Shown in pieces: positions 16,922 through 22,774 of a DNA stretch of 32,000 nt. A program made the translations under genes and the position numbers. Source of the DNA: Planctomycetales bacterium (GTDB taxonomy: Bacteria > 4484-113 > JAFGCY01). Below the pieces are notes generated by a model that worked only from the letters and a program-made list of their open reading frames with translations, did no database searches and was not told the DNA's origin. The stretch's first letter is position 1. Each line of letters opens with the position of its first letter. The stretch lies in assembly GCA_022646745.1 (NCBI GenBank), contig CP060262.1:1260001-1292000 (forward strand), written 5' to 3'.

Positions 16922-17823
16922 TTCAGCTGGCGGATGCTGGGCTTCAGGTCCAGCTTGTTGAGGTAGACCTCGTAGCTCTCCGGTGAGATGATGTCTCCCT
17001 GCTTGCGGATCAGCGCCATCAGGCAGCTTTCCAGCACGTTCATGCCGAAGCTGCGTCCCTCGATCACCGGCGTGGTGGTGATCAGCCAGCCCAGCCCCCG
17101 CTCCTTCAGCAGCGCTTCATCCTCCGCCGTGGTGGTGTTGGTGAGGATCACCTTGCCGTCGAGCCTGGGCGGGATATTGCGCCGAATGTAGTGGAAGTCG
17201 CCGCAGATCCAGTCCGCCCAGTTGAACAGCTCACTGTGCTTGGGCTTGTGCTCCTTCTGCTTGTCGCCCGTCGGGTAGATCAGCTGGAAGGGCAGGCGTG
17301 TGATCACCGGGGCCACCACGCAGGCGAAGTTGTAGACGGCCTGCAGGCGCCTGAGCGGGATCGGGATGTCGAGCGCGAAGATCAGGTCGCCGTAGATCAC
17401 CTCATCGCAGTACTGGCTGATGCCCTCGGCCATCCCCCAGCGGTCCACCGCGCTGACCACCAGCGCCTTGCTGCCCTGCATCGGGCGCTCCGTGAAGTTC
17501 TCGCTCAGCCAGTCCACCATCTGCCGCTCGAGCGTCAGCTTCAGCCCGCTGCCATCGGCGACAGGGGTGCTCTTCGCCTGGTCAGCCAGGCGCTTGGCAT
17601 CGCGGATCATCCAGCGCCTGCTGCGGGCGCAGAGCCAGAGGTCAATCCCGCCGAGCCCGATCGCGTCCACCTCGCCATCCAGCTCGGCGATCAGGCGCAT
17701 CGTCTCCTGGAAGTCGCCGTCGGTGCCCTTGCGCACCAGCTCCACATCCTCGCCGAGGAAGGTCGCGCGCGATGACTTGTCGCGTGAGCTGGAACCGAGG
17801 GAAACCGAGACTACTCGCAGCAT
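16918..17823 (-). CDS. conserved protein of unknown function (family often auto-annotated 'quinate 5-dehydrogenase')
   Basis: MLRVVSVSLGSSSRDKSS..FLGEDVELVRKGTDGDFQETMRLIAELDGEVDAIGLGGIDLWL matches my recollection of that conserved family. The function is not established. Confidence 0.75.
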   Translation of the reverse strand: MLRVVSVSLGSSSRDKSSRATFLGEDVELVRKGTDGDFQETMRLIAELDGEVDAIGLGGIDLWLCARSRRWMIRDAKRLADQAKSTPVADGSGLKLTLERQMVDWLSENFTERPMQGSKALVVSAVDRWGMAEGISQYCDEVIYGDLIFALDIPIPLRRLQAVYNFACVVAPVITRLPFQLIYPTGDKQKEHKPKHSELFNWADWICGDFHYIRRNIPPRLDGKVILTNTTTAEDEALLKERGLGWLITTTPVIEGRSFGMNVLESCLMALIRKQGDIISPESYEVYLNKLDLKPSIRQLN

Positions 17824-17829
17824 CGGCCG

Positions 17830-17835
17830 ATTATA
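17830..17835 (-). promoter_or_regulatory. -10 box TATAAT 6 nt upstream of the ATG (leaderless configuration)
   Basis: The minus strand reads gtcTATAATcggccgATG. There is no SD in the 6-nt spacer. Confidence 0.5.
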
Positions 17836-17906
17836 GACCCGGAATCCCCGTCGCGCTGCGCCGGATCAGCGGGGGACTTGGCTAATATATATGTGTGGAA
17901 GACCTG

Positions 17907-18497
17907 ATGAGCAGCAAGCCTGAAGCAGCGGAGGGAATTTCCCGCCGCGACATGATCACCCGCCTGCTGGGGGCGGGCTGCACGGCCTGCCTTGGCGCAC
18001 TGGCCAGCTCCTGCCCGGGCGGCAGCGACTGGGGCAAGCCGGAGAAGCACGCCAGCGGCATGCCTGAGCAGCTGGAGTTCAATGCCGCAGATGTGCCACT
18101 GAACGGGGTGCGCCCGGTGGTGATCGGTGGGGCGATGGCCTTCCTCGTGCATTACGAGATGGACGGCGCTGAGCAGTGGATCGCACTTGAGAACAAGTGC
18201 ACCCACAAGAAGAGCGCGCTCAACTTCGACGAGGCGGAGCATGTGTTCAAATGCCCGCTGCATGACAGCGAGTTCGCGCTGGACGGCAGCGTGCGTGAGC
18301 GTCCTGGTCCGAAGAACTGGCCGGCCAAGCGCGGGCTGTACCACTGGCCGGTGGAGGTCGACGGGGACAAGGTGCGCATCATGGCGGACGCCGGCAGTGA
18401 AGGCGGCGAGTTCGTATCAGCCGAATCTGGCGACGCAGCTGCTGGTGACAGCGCTGGCAACGACGCAGCCGGCGGCGAGCACGACGGCGACGAATAG
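17907..18497 (+). CDS. Tat-exported Rieske [2Fe-2S] domain (lipo)protein
   Basis: ISRRDMITRLLGAGCTACLGALASSC carries a twin-arginine motif and a lipobox-like LASSC. Rieske ligand motifs are C-T-H (NKCTHKKSA) and C-P-L-H (FKCPLHDSEF). Acidic low-complexity tail. The GTG at 17895 is an alternative start. Confidence 0.85.
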   Translation: MSSKPEAAEGISRRDMITRLLGAGCTACLGALASSCPGGSDWGKPEKHASGMPEQLEFNAADVPLNGVRPVVIGGAMAFLVHYEMDGAEQWIALENKCTHKKSALNFDEAEHVFKCPLHDSEFALDGSVRERPGPKNWPAKRGLYHWPVEVDGDKVRIMADAGSEGGEFVSAESGDAAAGDSAGNDAAGGEHDGDE

Positions 18498-18682
18498 ACG
18501 GAGGTGCGGCGCCAGCCGCACAACGGAGGTCAGACGAAAGTCTGACAATCGGGTTTCGGTTGTCGGGTTTCCGGTTTCGGCAAACGGAGGTGCGGCGCCA
18601 GTCGCACAACGGAGGTCCTGTGCCAGCTTGCATGGAGCTCAACCGTCAGGTTGACAACGGAGGTCAAACGAAAGTCTGACAA
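18498..18682 (+). repeat. array of five ACGGAGGT-plus-hairpin modules
   Basis: ACGGAGGT occurs at 18498, 18523, 18584, 18609 and 18657. Each runs into a GU..AC-closed hairpin: GTGCGGC-gcca-GCCGCAC (18504-18521), GTCAGAC-GAAA-GTCTGAC (18529-18546), GTGCGGC-gcca-GTCGCAC (18590-18607) and GTCAAAC-GAAA-GTCTGAC (18663-18680). The array starts 1 nt after the Rieske stop codon. Confidence 0.8.
18550..18580 (+). repeat. heptamer array (CGGGTTT)n
   Basis: CGGGTTT CGGTTGT CGGGTTT CCGGTTT CGG. The inverted partner AAACCCG AAACCCG ATCCCGG lies at 19777..19797. Confidence 0.75.
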
Positions 18683-18688
18683 CAATCC

Positions 18689-18774
18689 AAAGTCACAAAG
18701 TCACCTAGTCAATTAGTCACTGTGTGACATCTCTAACTTGCTCAATTGACTGCCTGACTTCGTGACTCAGTGAC
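18689..18774. repeat. inverted pair of octamer arrays (xxAGTCAC x4 / xxxGTGAC x4)
   Basis: AAAGTCAC AAAGTCAC CTAGTCA ATTAGTCAC (18689-18720) faces CAATTGAC TGCCTGAC TTCGTGAC TCAGTGAC (18743-18774). Confidence 0.75.
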
Positions 18775-18874
18775 TTTCTCCAACCTCCAAGGCACAAGGA
18801 CACCAAGAAGAATGTGTTGTCGCCACCTGTACAATCAAATTTACTCTTCATTTGCTCAGTAGGACACATTGATT

Positions 18875-19567
18875 ATGAGATGGTTGGAAGACGAAGACGA
18901 CGATCCAACATTGTCTGAGAATAGTTTGGCTGCATTTATTGTTTACTTGCATGCAGTCCTTGCAGACTTCAGATTGCAGATTCCGCCCGCAAGTGCGGGG
19001 GAAGAAACATTGCTGTTGTTTGAAGCAAGAGTTGAAGCTTTGGAACATGACTTCATTTTTCAGGCTTTCTACGCAGATGACTTCATTGATCGAATGCTGG
19101 CAGGGATAGTTTTTTTGTTTAGTTCAGATCCTGCTCATGGTAGTGGCAAGGGAGCACCGACTACTCAAACAATTGAGTGGAACCAGCTTGCGCATTTACT
19201 GGACGGAGGAAGATACTGGAACTATGGCGTAAGCAGACGAGGCTGGGATGAATCGCGTGTTGGCATACTGATGGGTGACCCGAAAATGGAGTTGCCATTT
19301 ACAAAGTTTGTATTATTACTTTTTCAAGGTGTGATTGAGGCAAAGAAGTGCAACCCATGGAGCGAAGATCACAAACCATGGCACACGGCAGATCCAAATC
19401 GAGAATGGACAGCCGACAGATTCCTGGCAAGAATGATTACAGCTTTCTCTGAACTGCTTGACGACGGGAGACTCTCTCCAGACTCATCTTTCATAAGTTT
19501 CGATCAACTTACCGAGATCATGCGGGAAATCTTTTGGTGGGATGGTCTTTCGGCAAAGTCGAAGTAA
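18875..19567 (+). CDS. hypothetical protein, visibly low-GC orphan ORF
   Basis: ATG at 18875; the ORF track uses a TTG at 18869. 230 aa. Codon usage is rich in TTG/AGA/TTT/GAT, unlike the neighbours. No recognisable domain. Confidence 0.65.
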   Translation: MRWLEDEDDDPTLSENSLAAFIVYLHAVLADFRLQIPPASAGEETLLLFEARVEALEHDFIFQAFYADDFIDRMLAGIVFLFSSDPAHGSGKGAPTTQTIEWNQLAHLLDGGRYWNYGVSRRGWDESRVGILMGDPKMELPFTKFVLLLFQGVIEAKKCNPWSEDHKPWHTADPNREWTADRFLARMITAFSELLDDGRLSPDSSFISFDQLTEIMREIFWWDGLSAKSK

Positions 19568-19597
19568 CACACTTGGTGACTTGGTGTTTTGGGTCCC

Positions 19598-19620
19598 CGG
19601 CGGAAAGGTACCGCCGCTAC
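19598..19620 (+). repeat. hairpin-plus-GCTAC element, copy A
   Basis: CGGCGG-aaaggta-CCGCCG-CTAC. It shares the 9-mer CGCCGCTAC with copies at 20846, 26683 and 25652 (reverse complement). Confidence 0.75.
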
Positions 19621-19776
19621 GGTCTAATTGTCAGCTTTACAGCTGACCTCCCTTTCCCAAACCCGAACAGGAAAATCTCTGCACCCCTGCGCCTCGCCGT
19701 TGAAAAAACCCAACCCTGACTGCCTCGTAGCCACTCGCGCGCATGCGCACCGTAAATGTTGGAATTGAGTCTGCTG

Positions 19777-19797
19777 AAACCCGAAACCCGATCCCGG
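19777..19797 (+). repeat. heptamer array (AAACCCG)n, inverted partner of 18550..18580
   Basis: AAACCCG AAACCCG ATCCCGG. The 12-mer CCGAAACCCGAT (19781-19792) is the exact reverse complement of ATCGGGTTTCGG (18548-18559). Confidence 0.75.
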
Positions 19798-19832
19798 ATA
19801 TCCTCAGCCAGGCTTACAGCCTGGCCTCCCTC

Positions 19833-20381
19833 CTAGTTCTCGCGGAAGTCGGAGGGGCTGATCTGGCGCAGGAATTCCTTGAAGGTCTCCGGGCTGGCCT
19901 CCAGCTCCATCTGCTCCTCGCTCGCGATGTCCTGCTCGGTGGAATCAGCGGCCTCTTCCTCGGCCTGCTCCGGGGCCAGCTCGACGAACTTGATGTTGCA
20001 CATCAGATCCTCGCTGACGTAGATCTTCACGTTCTTGCGCAGGGCGAGGGCGATCGCGTCCGTCGGGCGGCAGTCCACCTCGAGCGTGCGCCCGTCGCTG
20101 TCGAGGTACAGCTTGGCGTAGTAGGTGCTGCTCTCCAGGCGGTCGATCACCACGCGGGAGACATGCACGCCGAGCTGCCCGAGGATGGTGGACATCAGGT
20201 CATGGGTAAGCGGACGCGGCGGGACCTTGTTGTCAACCGCCAGTTCAATGCTGCTGGCCTCGAGCTCACCGATCCAGATCGGCAGGTACAGCTCCTTCTC
20301 CATGTCCTTCAGAAAGAGCACCGGCGCCTTCTGGCGGTGGTCGTAGCGCAGATCAAAGAAGTCTACCTTTGTGAGTGACAT
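19833..20381 (-). CDS. bifunctional nuclease family protein (DUF151/BFN domain)
   Basis: ..PVLFLKDMEKELYLPIWIGELEASSIELAVDNKVPPRPLTHDLM..YYAKLYLDSDGRTLEVDCRPTDAIALALR.. is the conserved BFN core. Acidic C-terminal tail. Confidence 0.85.
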   Translation of the reverse strand: MSLTKVDFFDLRYDHRQKAPVLFLKDMEKELYLPIWIGELEASSIELAVDNKVPPRPLTHDLMSTILGQLGVHVSRVVIDRLESSTYYAKLYLDSDGRTLEVDCRPTDAIALALRKNVKIYVSEDLMCNIKFVELAPEQAEEEAADSTEQDIASEEQMELEASPETFKEFLRQISPSDFREN

Positions 20382-20389
20382 CCATCTGG

Positions 20390-20395
20390 ATTATA
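20390..20395 (-). promoter_or_regulatory. -10 box TATAAT 8 nt upstream of the BFN ATG (leaderless configuration)
   Basis: The minus strand reads gtggTATAATccagatggATGtcactc. Confidence 0.5.
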
Positions 20396-20543
20396 CCACT
20401 TCAGGACCGGCGATAGTCCGCTCGCGCAATATCCAGCCAAGGCTCAGCGCCGGGGGCGGGGCGGGGCCAATAAGATATTACGGATCCAAAACGGGTAACA
20501 TAACTCGGAGGGTGACCTCCGGTACAAACCACGACAGGAGGCA

Positions 20544-20609
20544 ATGAGTATGGAGAATTCTCCGGCGCGTCAGGGACAGAGCGCCTGCGCCTGTCGGTAC
20601 CTGACCTAA
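20544..20609 (+). CDS. candidate 21-codon sORF (MSMENSPARQGQSACACRYLT)
   Basis: AGGAGG (20536-20541) lies 8 nt before the second ATG (20550) and 2 nt before the first (20544). TAA at 20607-20609. The sORF sits inside the structured unit. There is no homology evidence. Confidence 0.3.
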   Translation: MSMENSPARQGQSACACRYLT

Positions 20610-20669
20610 GCCGCCAACTATCCAATTTCCCGTTTTCCTAACCCCCCTTCGCCTCCTACGGAGGCAACG

Positions 20670-20706
20670 GCTGCCGGACCTTCCCGGGTCCGGCAGCTGC
20701 GTTTTT
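20670..20706 (+). terminator. rho-independent terminator
   Basis: Perfect 11-bp GC-rich stem GCTGCCGGACC / GGTCCGGCAGC with a 6-nt loop, followed by tgcgTTTTT (T-run at 20702-20706). Confidence 0.8.
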
Positions 20707-20845
20707 CTGCCGACTCGCCCCAAGGGCTCGTCGGTCTGCGCACCGGAGCGAAGCCAAGCTCCGCTCCTTCCGCAAGATGCATTGCCCCCTCCCGGTACGC
20801 CTTGGTGGATTGATTCCTTCCTTTATTCCACTTTCAAGATCACTC

Positions 20846-20868
20846 CGGCGGCAAGGTGCCGCCGCTAC
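20846..20868 (+). repeat. hairpin-plus-GCTAC element, copy B
   Basis: CGGCGG-caaggtg-CCGCCG-CTAC, immediately followed by a heptamer array. Confidence 0.75.
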
Positions 20869-20910
20869 TGATTACTGACCACTGACCACCGACCACTGCC
20901 CACTGACCAC
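20869..20910 (+). repeat. six in-phase tandem heptamers, consensus TGACCAC
   Basis: TGATTAC TGACCAC TGACCAC CGACCAC TGCCCAC TGACCAC. Confidence 0.85.
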
Positions 20911-20964
20911 TTCCGCCGATCCCACCCTGCACCCAGCAACCAGCACCCTGCTCCCCTCTCCTGT

Positions 20965-21858
20965 ATGATCTCAAAAGCGATGCAAGACGGGCGATCCAGT
21001 GCGAATCGAACGGGTGGTAAGGGCATAACGGCCGGCAGGCCAGGCCCAGCCGCCCGATTCCTGCAGCGTGTCCTCCATGTCTTCAGCTACGGCTGCCTGT
21101 CCGCGCTGGTGCTGCCTAGCCTGCTGCTGGTCAGCTGGCGCTACGTGCAGGAATCCCCTGTCGGCGACCCTGTCCAGCGGCCCGGCACAGCGGCTGGTCC
21201 ATCGCGCGAAGCGTCCCAGGGGCCGGCGCTGCCTGCGGAACTGGCCGACGACCTGACCCGCCGCAAGTTCGAGGACAGCCTGGCCGTGCAGAAGCCGAGC
21301 TTCCACGTCGAAAGCACGGACATCGAATTTGGCGACATGCCGGTGGAGCAGCTGGTGCTGGATGCCACGGAAGTGGAGCTGAACGTGCGCGAACTGCTCG
21401 CAGGAGAAAAGGCGCGGATCAGCTCCTTTGGCAGCGCGAAGGTCTCGCTGCGCATCTCCGGCGATGCGCTCAGGGCGCAGCTGCTGCCTATGCTCGAAGC
21501 CAAGGGCCTGCGCGAACCGCGCATCGACTTCGGCACGAACACGGTCAAGATCACCGGCAGGAAGAAGGTCAAGCTCTTGGGCAGCTTCAAGCTTTCCGCC
21601 TCGGCCCGCTTCCAGGTGGAGAATGGAAATGCGATCGGCCTGAAGATCACCGAGCTGGAAAGCGGCCAGCTCAACCTCGGCGTATCCAGCCTGAAGCTGG
21701 ACTTCCGCGAGGAAGTGCCGCCGCTCAACCTCGGCGCGAGCTACGCGAAGGTTGTGATTGACAGGCTGGAGTTCCGCGGGGGCTACCTGCACGTGGAGGC
21801 GCATGCCCTGCAGCTGCCGGCCGGTGCGATTCCGCGCGGGGCGTTGGACGTGCTGTAG
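20965..21858 (+). CDS. DUF2993/LmeA-like membrane-anchored protein (paralog 1)
   Basis: N-terminal TM segment (CLSALVLPSLLLVSW), then a domain homologous to the convergent neighbour (FHVESTDIEFGDMPVEQLVLDATEVELNVRELLAGEKARISSFGSAKVSLRISGDAL..). The start is uncertain; the ATG at 20980 is an alternative. Confidence 0.7.
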   Translation: MISKAMQDGRSSANRTGGKGITAGRPGPAARFLQRVLHVFSYGCLSALVLPSLLLVSWRYVQESPVGDPVQRPGTAAGPSREASQGPALPAELADDLTRRKFEDSLAVQKPSFHVESTDIEFGDMPVEQLVLDATEVELNVRELLAGEKARISSFGSAKVSLRISGDALRAQLLPMLEAKGLREPRIDFGTNTVKITGRKKVKLLGSFKLSASARFQVENGNAIGLKITELESGQLNLGVSSLKLDFREEVPPLNLGASYAKVVIDRLEFRGGYLHVEAHALQLPAGAIPRGALDVL

Positions 21859-21873
21859 GCCGGGATTGCCAGC

Positions 21874-22680
21874 CTAGAAGACCTCCATCAGGTCCCGGTC
21901 CAGCATCAGCGGGTCCAGTGAAATCGTGTGCGCCACGATCTCGATGTACTCACTCGTGCTGTGCAGCTCGTCCACCAGCACCTGCGCATACATCCCGCCG
22001 AGGTCCAGTGCCGGCAGGAAGTCGTCCAGCACGAGTGAGAGGTCGCTCACCGTGATGTTCAGCGTACTGAACTGGAAGTCCGTCAACGCAAACCCCACGC
22101 GCTGGTCATCCGTGACGTAGAACTGCCCGGTGGCCGCCATGCTGCGGTCCTGGCTGCCACTGACGCTGATCGAGTTGTTGTCAAACTGCACATGCACATC
22201 GCTGATGCCTTCCTCTTCCAGCATCGGCACCAGCCGGGCCGCCAGCTCGTCTGCGGACATCTTCAGCTTCAGCTGAGCCGAGCCGACCGCCGTGATCTGG
22301 GCCCGCTCACCGCGCAGGATCCGCCGCATGTTGAAGTCGACACCGCTGGCATCGAAGCGCAGTCCCTGGAAGGGGATGTCATCGAGCACGGCGCTGGGAC
22401 TGTCAACGTGGAACTCCGGCAGGTAGCCGGAGAGGGTCTGCCTGAGACTGCCAAGCTGCACCTCAACCATCGCTGCTTCAGGCAGTTTAAGCTCGCGACG
22501 CACGGCCTCGTCCAGCATCCGGCTCAGGCGCGGCAGCAGTACAAGGCTCGCGATCAGGTATCCCGCCAGCAGCAACCCGGCAAGTACGAGGATGTTGCCA
22601 AGCAGCCAGCGCATGACCCTTGCCAGCCTGCCTTTCCTGCTGCTGCTTATTCTGCCCCGGATCCGCTTGTCCGCTGTCAT
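21874..22680 (-). CDS. DUF2993/LmeA-like membrane-anchored protein (paralog 2)
   Basis: TM segment LLGNILVLAGLLLAGYLIASLVLL, then FHVDSPSAVLDDIPFQGLRFDASGVDFNMRRILRGERAQITAVGSAQLKLKMSADEL.., which aligns along its length with 20965..21858. Confidence 0.75.
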   Translation of the reverse strand: MTADKRIRGRISSSRKGRLARVMRWLLGNILVLAGLLLAGYLIASLVLLPRLSRMLDEAVRRELKLPEAAMVEVQLGSLRQTLSGYLPEFHVDSPSAVLDDIPFQGLRFDASGVDFNMRRILRGERAQITAVGSAQLKLKMSADELAARLVPMLEEEGISDVHVQFDNNSISVSGSQDRSMAATGQFYVTDDQRVGFALTDFQFSTLNITVSDLSLVLDDFLPALDLGGMYAQVLVDELHSTSEYIEIVAHTISLDPLMLDRDLMEVF

Positions 22681-22714
22681 TGAAAACCTATTGTGTCGTG
22701 CGGTTTAAACATTT

Positions 22715-22774
22715 AGCAACCTGCAACCTGCAACCAACCCCCTTCTCCAACCGCCCCACTCCTCACTCCTCACT
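22715..22774 (+). repeat. two heptamer arrays: (TGCAACC)x3 and (CCTCACT)x3
   Basis: AGCAACC TGCAACC TGCAACC (22715-22735). CCCCACT CCTCACT CCTCACT (22754-22774), which overlaps the last codons and stop of mutS. Confidence 0.75.

Larger units (their letters stand above)
20488..20706 (+). ncRNA. candidate structured RNA / small-gene transcription unit ending in an intrinsic terminator
   Basis: A long-range helix pairs AAAACGGG (20488-20495) with CCCGTTTT (20629-20636). It encloses CGGAGG-GTGA-CCTCCG (20506-20521), GGAGAATTCTCC, and a long GTCAGG..GACAG..CTGTC..CCTGAC hairpin (about 20569-20606). GCCTCC-tac-GGAGGC (20651-20665) and the terminator follow. There is no annotated gene on this strand. 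Confidence 0.4.

Noticed and set aside
20570-20610. An SRP (4.5S) RNA-like motif on the minus strand (AGGTCAGGTACCGACAGGCGCAGGC against the conserved AGGUCAGGUCCGGAAGGAAGCAGCC).
   Set aside because: Only the first 9 nt match. The GGAA tetraloop and the AGCA symmetric-loop residues are absent. The local fold is a long hairpin, not helix 8.
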